64,000 nt of DNA from Trichoplax adhaerens (taxonomy: Eukaryota > Animalia > Placozoa): positions 248,001 through 312,000 of the forward strand of contig NW_002060956.1 in NCBI RefSeq assembly GCF_000150275.1, in the 5' to 3' direction. Every line of letters begins with the position of its first letter. The stretch's first letter is position 1. A model generated the notes under the pieces. It was not told the origin of the DNA. It made no database searches and saw only the letters and a list, made by a program, of their open reading frames with translations. Position numbers and translations under genes: made by a program. Below are positions 18,082 to 32,900 of this stretch, piece after piece.

Positions 18082-21069
18082 TTAATTATCAAACTTTCTC
18101 TCTTTGAAGAAGTCAATATTCAACAAACAACTTGGCAAGTAATCTTGCTGGACAGGTTTATCATAGTCAGGGTTATACTTATAACCTTTGCCGTAACCTA
18201 ATTTTTGCATTAACGACGTGGGAGCATTACGTAAATGTAATGGTACCGACGGCAGCGGGCCTTTCCATTCGTTAATATTTTTCTTAACTCTATCATATGC
18301 CATATAACATTCCACAGATTTAGGTGCACGAGCCAAGTACACAACCGTTTGAGCTAGATTTACCTATCATTACGTTATCGTATTCAATCGAGAAAGTGCA
18401 ATTATTATTTTTGTTTGCATACAAAGATCGACATTGTATATATATATAAGCATATAGAATACCTCACACTCCGGCATTCCAATAAATTGACAAGCGTGAT
18501 AAGCTGCTACAGCAATGAAAAGAGCTTGATTATCAGCTAAACCTGCAAATCAGAGTTAAATGTGAGCATAACCCTATCTACAGTACTCTAATAATTTGAT
18601 CAATGTAAAGTTTCTTATGGCAATAGAAAAATCTTCACGTACCAACATCTTCGCTTGCAAAACGTATCAATCTACGCGCAATATACGTAGGTTGTTCTCC
18701 TCCTTTTAGCATTCTGCACAACCAGTACATGGCAGCATTTTCGTCGCCACCACGCATTGATTTATGCAAAGCAGATATAATATTATAATGTTCTTCACCA
18801 CTGCGATCGTATTGCAAATGAGATCGTTGTAAGCTTTCTAGTACGTCTTTCTCTGTAACTGCAATTATCGTTGGTAATCTTTCATCATCAACTACATTTC
18901 TGCAGCTATCAGACTTTTCACCATGATCATCAAGAATTTTTCCTTCATCGCCAGTATCAATCCCGCTGTCTTTCGTTCCTTCATCTGTAACACAAGAATC
19001 CGATTTGCTATTCTTTAGAATAAGTTCCAATCCCTCCTGAATACTTGATAGACGAGTGTTTAGTTCTTTTACAAGTGATGAATTTTTAATTTCTTCTCCA
19101 TTCGATTGAAGGTCGTCTTTTTTAGTTTCATCTACTTTGATCGGCATCACCTCATCCACCTGACTAGGTTGGGTAATATCTCTATTATTATAAATGATAA
19201 TCTTCGATCTAATAGCCATTTCTAGACCATTTAAAGCTTTCCTAGCATCACCATCGCAAAAATTTCCCAAAGCTTTAAGAGCTTGATCATCCGCTTTAAT
19301 TTTGTACTTATTACTACAGTAAAAAGAATTTTATTTCAAAGGATGATGGTTAGTAAATTGCTACAAATAGGATATGTTGTAATTGTACTGTACAACTATC
19401 AATTTCAGTCATTATTACTAATCAATTATACAGTAAAAGCGATATGTAACTCATTATCTACACCCATTGCCACAGTAGTTCATCAGTTATCTAAGATTGT
19501 GCAGTATTACAGCGTAAAATCTACACAAAGTTACTAGATTATCTTTTAATAAATCTTAGCACTAATTAATCTTATTTAACACAAACCTACCCAGTTGTAA
19601 AATCATCTAGGTCTAGATAGTCTTCAATGTTGTTTAAAGCACTTTTAAGTATAGTAACAACATTAGCTGAGCTCAGTTTTTGTAATGTAATTACATGACA
19701 TCTGCTTAAGAGAGCATTATTCAAGCTAAATGAAGGATTTTCCGTAGTAGCGCCAATCAATACAATGGTGCCATTTTCAACATACGGCAGAAAAACGTCC
19801 TAACAAGTATACCAATGAACAATCCATTTCATACAGACATATTAATATCAGGCTAGTCGGTAAACAAGCTAACATTCGAAGCTTTGACTATCATGCCATC
19901 TAGCGTTGATAAATTACGCGATAGAAGAACAATTTTTTAACCTGTTGGGCCTTGTTGAATCGATGAATTTCGTCCATAAATAATATCGTTTGACGATTAA
20001 ACATTGTTCTATCTTTTTGAGCTATGTCGATCACTTCACGCACTTTCTGTGTCCCACTAGAAGTGGCAGATAGTTGAATAAATCGCATGTTGGCTTTACT
20101 TTTGCCACTTTTAGCAATAATATTCGCTAAGGTTGTCTTTATAGCAGGCAAAGCAAATTAGAAAGATGATTAAGAAGAAAATGATGAACGTTAGTACGAG
20201 TGGAAAAAAATTATCGCGGGAAAATTATTTACCATCCACCTTGTATACTGTCAATATTATGAAGGATTATCGGCTAAGTAGCATTTATTGACACAATAGA
20301 TGATATTGCAACATACAGTAGATTAAGATTGCATCCATCTAAATTGAGTTTTTACCTTGCCACATCCCGGAGGACCCCAAAATATCATGGAATGGATATC
20401 TCCTGATTCGATGAGAGATCGTAGACTAGTTTTACCACCTAGTACGTCATCTTGACCGATGTAATCAGTAAGAACGTTTGGCCTGATTTTATCAGCCAGA
20501 GGTGTACTGGATTTGGCTTTACTTTTACTTGCATTGGGGGGTGGCTGATTGCGATTATTCAATTTAGAATTGGTTATAAATACATCATCGGCTAATTCTT
20601 GGCTCGATTCCAGTTGCCATTTTTGCATTTCCTTCTTGACATTGTTAGCGGTACTTTGTGAACTACCCGTATATGCAAATTCATTTGGATCTTGCTGAAA
20701 AAAAGATAATTTAGTTTGCCTGGTAGCGTTGTTGGTCAAAACTTCGTGATGACTATGCTTGGTTTTTTTGACGCTACTACCTATACTACTCATATTAATA
20801 TTTCTTTTCTTGATCGTTTTCGATTTCAAAGTACTCTGACTGGATCGAGCACTTTGCGAAGCGGGAAAGGAATCAGTCAAGCTACTAAAGCTAGCGTTGC
20901 TGTTGATGCTATTATTCACATTGTCAGGCGTTGATGGTGGCAGATTGTTGAGTTTTTGCGATTCGAAACACCAATTTGCATGTTGGTCAATGGTATCTCG
21001 ATCGAAATACTTGTCGCAAAAGATACATTTGCAAGGGGATGATTCTCCAGTTTTACTTGATGATTGCAT
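18082..21069 (-). CDS. WRNIP1: Werner helicase-interacting protein 1 (MgsA/RarA AAA+ ATPase with N-terminal UBZ4 zinc finger)
   Basis: CIFCDKYF...HANWC (UBZ4), [18 protein letters not shown] (Walker A), [14 protein letters not shown] (Walker B), [57 protein letters not shown]. Confidence 0.95.
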
Positions 21070-24000
21070 TTTCCCAATTAATTGGAGCGATTGAAAGTTA
21101 ACCTCTAGCACGAGAGGACCAGGTCAAAGTAATTTTTGCATAGTGCTGTAATGTTTAATATGGATAATTATTGATTACTTTGTAAACTTCAATCAAAAGC
21201 GCCCTGCATTACCGACCAGCTCGCGATCCGACCTCTACGACATGCAGCTATATTGCCAAAGGTGAATCTTATAGTAAATCCTTTCCTTGAACTACGATAT
21301 TGGCCGATCTCCGTCTGGACTGTATACTGTACAATTAATCAAAGATGATGTCATACCACAGCTTTAAATCTACGATCTGCAAGCTCACTTTCGTACTATA
21401 TGAGTGCACAAACAGTACTGCACAGCATATCCAATACTAGCGTACTCTACTCTACACAAGGAAGTGACCAGTTACAAAATTTGAGGTAGTATGGAGGAAA
21501 AATGGAATGCACTTTCTCTATTCGTCTATATGGTTAAGGTTAAATGAAGGGAGATTACTGCTGAAAAATGTCTTATTTCATCCTATCCTAGACATTTTTT
21601 CAATGCTGATATACTGTACTTTAGTCCTTGTTGTGTAGGAGGTTATAATTAGGATGGATTCTTTCATAAGTATTGTAATGTTGACAAGAAGGTATCAAAA
21701 ATACTTGGTGTTTCTAGCGATCCATTGATTTTTGCGAAATGGAGAGAATCACTAGCTGAGGGGCCTTGATTCATAACATAACAGGCCCATCGCATACTAG
21801 CATTGGGCGTAAAATATGCACCAGTAGCAGTATCATGGGCTATTATTAATTGTAAAAAGGATTCTGTTTGTTATGCTTTACCTTGTGGCCTCGTTCACGT
21901 CGATATGAACAAGTTCATTTTGCAGTTTACTGGAGATGAAGGACGATGCATGCTCATATCATTATTTTTATTGTAGCTAAAATTTTTTCTTTCTTTAACG
22001 TGGACTTCAATCGATCTTATTCAGATAGGAGGTAATGCTACATTTTACTGCTGGTTTGGTCAAGTTATTTGAGTCGTCTATTAAAGACAAGATACTGGCT
22101 TGTAGGTGGGATTTATAGGCACTGTCCTTGAATTGATGAGAATGCAGATCTAGTCGACTTTTGTTCAATTCACAGTTGAAACATGGATCTTATCGAATTA
22201 TTGGAGTAAATTGAAATTTGGGATTTATTGTCTAATCAGTTTATTAATACGGTAGGAATGCGACATAATCAGATTACCCTACCATAACCGTATGCCAGAT
22301 ACAAAATGATATTATTGTATTTTGCAGTGACGATGATATTATCACTGAGCCCTAGTCTAGACAGGGATAAAGGTGTTTAGGCTATATTAGATTAAGTATT
22401 TTTAATACTTTAAGAATTGTCTTCATTGCAGCAGTCTTATTATTTTTTATTCTCGTATTTGGTAAGATATAACAAAGGACCTAGGCCTACATTTAAGTCA
22501 GATCGATAACTTTTATATGGGCAAACGCAGCCAAGAAAGAATGGCAGATTCACGATGGATCCAATACCTTAATCAACCTTCAATACCTAGTACTGTACTG
22601 CTACAGCATTCAGAGATCATATAATATTGCATACCGTGGTTAATTAAATAAGAAAAATATTCACTTTAAATTATTTTACATTGATTGATTGATGATGTAT
22701 AACTATGACTGAATTTATTGAACAACCATTCCGATGCAATTTAGTAGCCCTATAGTCCTACAGTATATTTATCTTCTCACTTTTATTGTCATATGAAGAA
22801 TAACGAGCAAGTACAATCAGAAAAGTAAGAAAGACTTTATTTTTCTTACCTCCATAAATCTAACACTAGAAATTACGCTGGAGGGCATGAAATTTTGTCA
22901 TTTACAATTCGGTAAATGACAAAATTGACGATGTAAGCGCATAAAATGTCGACTCGTATTGTAGATAGGATTTCTACTCATACATTTATGTATTCCTAAT
23001 TTGAAGCAGCAAATTGGGCCTTTAAAGTGATCACGTAGTTAGCATGGATGAAAATTAGGATGCTTTTTTCTGCGTATCGCACTTTTTTCATTCCAAATTA
23101 TATTATTCCATGTAGCTATCTCGATCTCAAGAGATGTCTTCAATAGTATTATGATTCATAAAAATATTAACAATTATTCTGTAACCATTATAAATTCAAT
23201 ATTGAATCAATTATTTTTACTTTACCGTAAATGACAAGTTTATTAAAATTAAATTGTGATCGATCTCATCTTATCACGTGCAATTAAAGTTAACAAGAGC
23301 CGCCTGAGGATTTACCGTCTCTGATGCATGACTTTAGTGCCCCGCTATTTACATTTTACTATTTACAATTAAAAGCACTGTAAACAATTTAAATCCACCT
23401 GCATTGCATTGCAATCTACAAGAACCAAATACAACATGACACACTACTCCACTCGTTACATTATATTCATAAATAGACCTCCACTAGCATAACCTTGACA
23501 TTATCAATAATAAATTATTGGCAGTTGTAGTAATGTTGTATTTATGAACAAATATTCAAACTAGGAAAGTAAAGTATGGATTTACGTTGTCGCGATTGTA
23601 GACATGAAATGACTATAATATCGTAATACATATATAATTGTAAGTACATAACAGCTTGTATAGCAAATAAATTTTTAATTGAAAAATTCATTAATTAATT
23701 ATTCCATTGAAAGAGTATTTTGAGATCAGTTTTAGTTTTATAAATACGCATATAAGAGCACGCTGCAGGTGAGCCTTAAGTCACGCTGCGTTACGTCTGG
23801 CCTTATAAATCATAACATTTAATTAATTATAATTATTATTCAATTGTATTATCAATAATCCATTGATATGCTTTAGACAGAATGGGATATTTGCAGCTAT
23901 CTTAGTTAGCTTAAACATGGAGTACTAAATTTTCATAGTGTAAGAATAATAATAGTAATAATAGTGTCGTATATCTGATTCTCAGACTTGGTTAATACTA

Positions 24001-27000
24001 GTAGTCAAAAGGATTATTTTTTTACGAAAATCTGGAATTAGCCACACGAAATTATCATGGCTGAAGCCTCAACGAAAGTATTTGCAACGAAATGGAATCA
24101 AAGTGAATATACCTTAGACCAATATCTAACTCTTTCCCCACGACAAATACACAACAAATAGTTAACTGTACAAACTATACATACAAAAAAAAATTGTAAC
24201 TCTTCGATGAACGAGCTCTTTTGGACATGAACTGATATTGAAGAATCATTTAAACTTAGACTGGGCCATCAGGCTCAATCAGAATTAGCAAGAGTTATGA
24301 TTTTAATTTATTGTGTCAATATTCGAATGACCTAAACACTAGACATAATTTCTACAGTATACAGTATCTAGAATGTTGACTTGCAACGCAACCATTAGTA
24401 TATCGACGCCGTAAAATTAAAAGCATGACTGCAGCTAATTTTAAAATGTCTTCTGTGCCTTGCACAATCCAATATAATACCTCTTCAACTATTTTATTTG
24501 CCGTAGTGATATCAAATTTAGAATATCCATGCAGTAAATTAAAAGCATGATTACAACTAATTTTGAAAAGTCCACTATACCATTCACAGTGGCAACGTAA
24601 GGTGTTTGCATGCAATATTCGCTAATCACAGATAATACCATGTACTCTGTCATGATAACATAGATAAGTACCCCTCAATTCCGATCATAGCGTACATAAT
24701 ATCAAATTTATTTTCAATAGCTCAAATGAGTCGGTAATTATAAATATCGACTAACGTATAGATAGCGTATACCGCTTTGGACTCTTCCATCGTATCTTAT
24801 TAAAAGTGATTGATGTATGCTTTTTAGTGCTCAACTATAGTACACAGTTCTACATTCATTACTAATTGTTCGCGATATAGGTAAATTAATACTTACAGAA
24901 AACGTAATAGCGATAATTGCAGATCTATTACATACAGTATGTGGTATGATAGGTGATCGGACTTATATACGAAGCCAGTATAATACTACCGCCTGTACTA
25001 ACAACTTACACAGTCTGAAAATATTTGTACAATGCCTGCATGTACATACGAGTATATTCGTATATATTATATCTTACGTGTTAATATGATCCTAAAGCAG
25101 GAAATAATTTAGCTTGAATCATACATTGTCCACATCAGCACTAGCATGTATTTTAGGAGGAGTGTTGTAACTTTGTTCATTATATGTAAATAATAACAAC
25201 AATATTTAGCATATGTTACGACACTAATGATTACGTCTTACGTAGATATTTACGATCAAAAATAATGAAATGCTATTGTCATAATTTAGCAAAATACATC
25301 ACAGTATCATATTGTGCCTAACATTACAATTAGTACGTATGGTATTATATTAAGCTGCGATGTTGCCTGTAAGTATTTTTTGCAAAGATAATCTTACGCT
25401 TAAAAAATTTCATTGCCAATATTCAAAATAGGCAACGTAGATTATCATTATATTATGGATGGTATTAGCAGTTCGAGATAACTAAAATATCGAGAACATA
25501 AGAAAAATTGAACTGTAACTTACAATACTATCCAATCTCTTTGCTTAGTTATCATTAGATTCACATAAATGTACTAGTGTACGATTTATCCTACGCTATG
25601 TATATAAAACAAGTGTAAATATTGTATTGATCTTATATAGTTCATAGTTATGATTACAAAAGCATTGACTTCCACACAAGACATTCAGTAAAACAATGGA
25701 TCAGGTCTCGTCTGTAGCATCTACGATAAAAAATGGATTCTAGTAGATTCTAATAGATTATCAATCAGGATGAAAGGTTTCTTCAGATTTTAATTTTTAG
25801 TAAACGTGTTCTGTTTGGCAAGCAACTGCTATTGACGACAATAGTAACGCAATATTATAATGTTATTAGTTACGTCACATTATTTTTTTAGACGCAATCC
25901 ATATTACTAGAATACATTATAGTAACTATGACATGAAGAAAATGTCATCAATAAACTGTCGACTTGTCGTAATTTTCGTACCAGATGCTCATATATTATA
26001 AGTTTAGTACTAAGGAAATTGAAGCATGATAACAGATATGAGTTACAGATATATCTAAATTGTATAAAAAATCTTAAACAATGTACTAAGTATATTGTAA
26101 TATCTTTAACGATCTTGATAATAGTTATATAATAGAACTTTCATAATAATTAAAAAGCATCACTCATGGCGGATATAGAATGCTAGAAAATCAAGCCAAC
26201 GAAACTATTCATTACTCTTCCGGTCATATCATTCTATCGTAATGGTAAATTTTCGAATGTTATACAAAAATTTATCCATTGGATAGATTGAACGTGAGAA
26301 GCAGACAACTGTACGGAATGTTTGATTCACAAAAAGCGCATATGATAAAATTGTTGCATTTTCCATTTCATTAATCTAATTTCTCACACTTTTATAACTT
26401 TAAAAATTAATTCAATCCAATGAGAGAGTAACTATTGTATACTGTTTCGATTTTCGGAATATAGTACGTGATTTCAACATTTAAATTCTAATATAATTTC
26501 ACGATATCTAAATCGAATCGTGGTTGCAAAAATAAAGAACATTCCCGACAGTAATAACCTTAAGAGTCGGAAATAAAATACGAACACATGTTACACAATT
26601 ATATTGCCAATTCTGGTATTGATAGAGTAACTTGATAAGATTATTATATCGAAATTGGATCTAAAAATCGTTAACCATAATATTTTCGCCTCCTACAATG
26701 ATATGCTTTGATTCAAATTGACAGCATCAACAATTTGTGCACTTTTTTTTAGCCATTATTGATGTTATGAAACAGATAAACAGCCTTTAGTACACGATGT
26801 ATTTAAACTGATAACATTTAATAAAATGATATTAAATTTGTTGATTTTTGACTACACTAAACAGTCTGGGTATTTCAAGCCACATAAGGATAATATCAAA
26901 CAAGGTGACATAACTCCAATCGATAGTTAGCTACTATTGGCTAATGTAATAATAAACTTTTAAACCTTTTTTTATGTATTTACAAGATACATCATGGATT

Positions 27001-28783
27001 CTAGACGATATAATAATAATATTTTCATGGCCTACAAGACAATGTCGCTTCAGTGTCTATGTATGATTATCATCGTTAGTTTGATAATTGTAGCTAGAAA
27101 TGTGTGTCAATTTTATACTTAAATAACAATAACATTCCAAATTGAATGATAATAAAGCCAAACAGTCAAATTATAAACACTTTCTATAACTTCAAAACTT
27201 GTCAACTTGATCATTCAACTTCAACATTGTAACAAAGATCTATTTTAGTGGTCAGTTGATGTTAATTATTTCAATTTTAAAAGCAATCGTTGTATGTTAA
27301 CTACTGTCTGTATGTAGTAGACTTTGTAATAATAAGCATCATCAAAATGTTATTGTGGCCGAATTTGATCTCTTACTAATCGGTCTTCTAAAAATATTTG
27401 GAGAAGAGTTTCCTCCCCTTCTCTAGTTTGATTTCTGTTATTATCCATATCCAAGTCGGTTGAAAACATTGATAGATGCTGTATGAATTATCTTTGATAA
27501 TGTATTTAGGTATAAAAATGGAGATCTTGATTTTATTACAAAACCATAATTAAAGATAAATCGTTATATTATCATTATCATGGTTACTTATCTTATCTGA
27601 TAAATCTATAATGACGATGATTACTAGAACTAACTTTTGAATAGGTAAATAATAACACAAGTAGGTAATCAAAACAATTAAAAAAATGGATAAAAAAATG
27701 AATTTGTATTTCCAAGTAATAATGTTTCTTCCGAAGAGAACTAGACCACTTTGCAAGTAGGTGTAATGAATATCATCTTTTTTTGTCTTATAATAGGAAG
27801 TTGAAAATATCAAAGGTCAAATTTATGGTAGTTTATCGTTCTATAATTAGTAGTAATTGTATTAATATTCTATAGTTAGGGATGTGAATCAGCATCTGTA
27901 ATTGGTCTTATTATAATCTGTCTATTCTATAATCTATAATATACTGTAATAATGTTTCTATGACTACTTGTATTAAATTAAAAGAAGTGATAGGAAAGCC
28001 TCTAGCTGATATTTAGGAGCATTAATAAACAATCTTAAAATTGTTTATGCCTACAAATTTTCTTTGGGACTAATAATCGATTCCAGATGAATACGATAAA
28101 TTGAAGCCTAGACAGACATAGACACAAATAAAAATCTCTAGTACAATTATCTTTATTTAATCGTAACTCATCCAAATAAAAATAACATGGACTACCTAGT
28201 TATAAATTATGTCCGATTATAATTGAACATCATGTAATTGACGGCTCCTGGAGATGTATTAGTTTTGCTAGCTACCGCATAGAATGAATTTTCGATCGTT
28301 GCTCTCGTAAGTTCTCACCAGGGGTACCTGAGAGTATAGCTATGCCTAACGGTAAAAGCTATTAGCATCGGTAAATAATAAATAGCCCCTATAATTACAT
28401 ACCATGAGGGAGGGTCTCTATCAACAAAAGAAAAAATAGTTCAATAGACAACTATTGTTACTTGCCAGCTGCTTTGTATTTCAACATTAATACCACCCTT
28501 TTAGTGTCAGTAATGCTATTCCCAAATTTATTGCTTATAACCTGCTCAATTGACCAAAAGAAAAATAACAGACGTTTGGACATGGTGAGAAAAGTAAAAG
28601 CGATGTTTTTAGGGGGAAAAATGACAACTATTGTAATTCCTAGGGTATAACTGTAGCTGAATTGATGTTTCTTCAATCATTACAACATTTCCAATTTTGG
28701 GCGAAAAGCGCTACATGTCTGCTTCCATTACAACATTAAAATCAAATTATTGAAAAACGTAGTTTGATCACTATCAACCGACA

Positions 28784-29944
28784 ATGAGTACTCCATTACA
28801 AGAAGCCAACTCTACCAATGTAACCAAAATCGATGTACCTCAAGTTGCCGCTTTTGCCTGTATCGGTACTATTACTGTTGCAACTAATTCATTCTTATTA
28901 ATTGTGCTTGTTAGTAAACGGCATTTAAGAACTGCATCTAATACTTTATTGGTTAGTACATTAATTGTTGGCATCCTTTTTGCCTTGTTATATTTAATAC
29001 CGCGATGGGCTATCCCTTACACCGGCCAGTTACCTATTTTATGCGCGCTTTTGCCATCAATTGGCCAAGCATTCTTTATTAATATTAATCTTCATGTTTG
29101 TAGTATTAGCTTAGAACGATATATATGTATCGCTAATCCATTTTTATATGATCGAATTGGCAAAAGGAGAAATTTTATAATCTTAATAATCTTACTTTGG
29201 GTTACTTCAACTATTTCTCAATTTATACCGTTATTCACTTTTAAGCCTATTAAATCAACATGTTACTACTGGGCCGACGACTTGGTTGCTCAAAGATATT
29301 TCCTTATTGCTACATTTGTCATTTTATTCTTCGTACCACTGACAATTATTGTAGTATCGTATTGCCGCATTTACGTTATCGTTAACCTTCATGTTGCACA
29401 ATTCCAACAAATAGTTAAGCAACTAAATAGTAATAAAGAGAAATTAACAAAAGATAGGAAAGCAATCAAACAAATCGTAGCCATGATTTCTGTATTTATC
29501 ATCTCATTTCTACCTTTCGTAATTGAATTTTTGATCTGGCAAGATAAAGAATTTGAAGGGTCTGAAGCTGACATTATTACTTTACGAGTAACACAATTTT
29601 TGGCTTTTAGTTATCCTGCAATTAGTCCCCTTTTATGTTGTTGGTTTAAAGCTAACCTACGTAGAGAAGTTAAACGGTCGTTACATTTGTGTTGGCAACG
29701 GAATGATAGTACTAGTACAACGACTGCTAACATGATTAATTACGAAAGCCGATACAGAACTATTGATTTTAGTACTCGTCCTTCAATGGCCTTACTTCAA
29801 GAAGAAGCTAAAAATGGTAAAAAATCGTTACCAGACTATAGCGAAGCCAATGAAACCCATAGTCCTTCAGAGAAAAGTGAAGGAAACGATGATAGTTCAA
29901 GGAATCAAGATGTCAAAGTCATAAACAATTCCACTATAGTTTAG
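28784..29944 (+). CDS. Intronless orphan rhodopsin-family (class A) GPCR, 386 aa
   Basis: Seven hydrophobic segments, HLRTASN in ICL1, SISLERYICIANPFLY (E/DRY), TM5 FFVPLTIIVVSYCRIY, TM6 SFLPF. Confidence 0.92.
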   Translation: MSTPLQEANSTNVTKIDVPQVAAFACIGTITVATNSFLLIVLVSKRHLRTASNTLLVSTLIVGILFALLYLIPRWAIPYTGQLPILCALLPSIGQAFFININLHVCSISLERYICIANPFLYDRIGKRRNFIILIILLWVTSTISQFIPLFTFKPIKSTCYYWADDLVAQRYFLIATFVILFFVPLTIIVVSYCRIYVIVNLHVAQFQQIVKQLNSNKEKLTKDRKAIKQIVAMISVFIISFLPFVIEFLIWQDKEFEGSEADIITLRVTQFLAFSYPAISPLLCCWFKANLRREVKRSLHLCWQRNDSTSTTTANMINYESRYRTIDFSTRPSMALLQEEAKNGKKSLPDYSEANETHSPSEKSEGNDDSSRNQDVKVINNSTIV

Positions 29945-32900
29945 ACAGCATTCCGATATTGTAATACCTTAGCATTACCCCATATTGCTTTCATAAACCT
30001 TGGCACCAATGATGGTTATAGATATTGTATCAAAATTTATTCTATTCGCTTTCAGAGAAATTAAAGCTAGTCAAGATCATATAATTCTTGCTAGATAGAA
30101 AGCGCCTTATACGATGTTATCAGTCTGATAGCCTCTGTAAGTTATACTCGTATTATCGTGTTCTTATATGATATGGTTGATATAATCTAATTGACTGTAG
30201 ATAGCTAAATGTTGGAGTTGATAATTTATAATCTATTTAAAATTTTTTGTCCGAGGTTAAATCGTGACAACTATTTTATTTTATGCTTATATTTTCCGCC
30301 AGTAGAAATTAAAAATTGTATTATGTTAATAATTTCAACATAGCATGATCAGTTTAGGATTTATCTAATTTGAGTTTTAACGTTATGTCGAAATTGTAAC
30401 GTATCAAAATCAAATTAGACTTATTCTATCAATTTCATATTACTGTTGAATATTGACACACTACAGGTCTTTATTCAAAATATAAGTATTGCTAGGATGC
30501 AATTTAATTCTGATTATCTGGCATCATAATTACATAAAATTGACCCTTCGGTAACTATTGCATCACTCAGTAGGAGACTTTTAAGAAAATGTAAATAATG
30601 AATCGTATGAGCTCCCTATTAAATTAATAAATTTTTAAAGATATTTTTTTACATTAAATTTTCTTAATCAGACAAACATCAGCTTTATCATTTCTACTTG
30701 AAAGTTTTAAAGCGTGTCTTGATTGAAACCTACAATTATCACGATCTTATGCTGTAAAAGTATTTCTATTGATAATTTTAGTCAAAATGATATTGTAGTC
30801 AATCCTGATTATTGTCTTGCTATTTCTTGTATCGTTTAAACGGTATATTGGTCATATAGCTAGCTAAATTATTGTATTATAAATGATATATATATGTATA
30901 CTGTATAATATTAATAATATAATCCTTCAAGACAATGTAACTGTCTACATAAAATGTGAAACATTTCCGTGAGTCTATAATAAAAAATTTCATATTCATT
31001 TCTTTTATACTTGACCATATAACTATCATTAACTGGTTATCTTATAATTTAATGGGGCGCTAAATGGAAATTTTTTATCTACAGCAGCTTGAACATGAAA
31101 CGGTTGCATGCCGTAGTTTTTGCTATTAATCAAATATTCTAGTCTTATCAGACAAAGTATGAGAGTATAATAGGGTAGATAGGCAGTTTATCTTTTGGTG
31201 TTACTGTTTATATATGTATTGTACGCTGGTAAAGAAGGCTAACAATGTTATAATTGTTATTTCAGTTCTACACTATTTCAATGTCGTAAAGTACCTTGAT
31301 CAATAATTTATTCCTGGGAATATAATACCGGATGCAGCCTTCTATCCCTCGTACTATATTATCTTGACACTTATAAATTATTTGAAATTGTATATATCAG
31401 TCGATGCTATTTTAGAAGCATTCATAAAAAACCTCAACGCTAAGTGAACTCATTATAATATATGATCAATTCTTAATTATGAGTTATTAATAAATTTTTA
31501 TTTACGACTAATTATACTTTACTATACCTATTAAAATTAAAACGTTGATCCTACTTAAAACCTTTCATGGATACACGTTATATTAATTACCCTTGAGAAA
31601 TTCTATTGTTCCACATTTGGCATAATTGCCCTTTCTGATGATATGGCATACAACCTTCTTATTTCTCTTACCAAAAGAATGATACTATCCAATTTAATTA
31701 ATCGTTCTCTTGGAACTGTCATTATAAGTATTTATATCATCAGTTAGATCGATTGACAAATTATGGTTATTATCGATCATGATCATTCCCACAACACTAT
31801 ATACATAATAGCCGATGGGGTTAACCACCTTTTTTTTACGATGTGCTAGTATCACTGGTTACACAGTAAAGTAGGCACAATTACGGTAACACAGTAATTA
31901 CCACTGGCAAGCTAATTTCATGCTTTTTACGACCTATTTTTAGTTCTATTCTTATACTGAACGTCTGCTCCTGCCTATGATATCCTAAAATAAATAATAC
32001 ATTATTTCTAATTATAGTAATATTTAACTTACTTCAATTTCGATTACGGAATGTGGTAGAGTACAGTGGTATATCACAGTAACTAGTTGTGAAGTGCCAT
32101 TGTATAGTTCGGCTCTGTACCAATTTATGGTGGATCTTTTAAACAGTTTTTTAGAGGGCACGTTCCAGGTTCACTTATTTAAATCTTGAACAATCTAGTT
32201 ATTAGACTACAAGTTGACCCTTTTACGCTGTAACATACTGTTACTGAACGTACACTTGCGAAGTAGAGGTTTCTATTATATTAAAAAAACAATAACATCT
32301 TCTGGGAATTATTTAGTCTTATCAGATATTCTAAAGATATGGCATACAACATTTTCGTGTATTATGATTTCTGTTTGAGAAGTTTTACAGTTAGCGTACA
32401 ATTTCTAATTAATCAGTAATACTGCCAACAGTCTTAACTATCTAATTCCCGGCTGCATAGACTCTAAGCTTCGGTAGGATACTTGTTGAAATTAGCTTGT
32501 TTTTATGAATATACTCGTATAGTGTTGCAAACTAACTGCGAGTCTACGACGATTTTTATGTAGGTATTCGTATAGTGTATAATTATATAGTTAAAGACCT
32601 CTAAGTATCAGCCTGTATCCGTATTTAGGAAAGAAAATTCATAATCTGGTTATACAAAATTATAATATAGATATTTACGGTAGTCTTTATTGTTTTTGAA
32701 GAATTATTTGATTAAGTTACATTATGTCACATATTAATTTCGTCAACTATCAGGATTTGTGGCCAAAAATTGAAATTCTGATTGAAAATTAACATTTAGA
32801 ATATTTTTTTTACAGTAAATATTTCAAATGTCAGTACATTTTATTTTCTATTACATGTTAAGGTAATATCGGGTCATCTAAAGTAACGTAGTGAATCAAA

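Noticed and set aside
21870-22240. Possible hAT transposase relic (FISSKLQNELVHI on the minus strand)
   Set aside because: The match is too short, stops lie immediately upstream, and there are no other transposase motifs.
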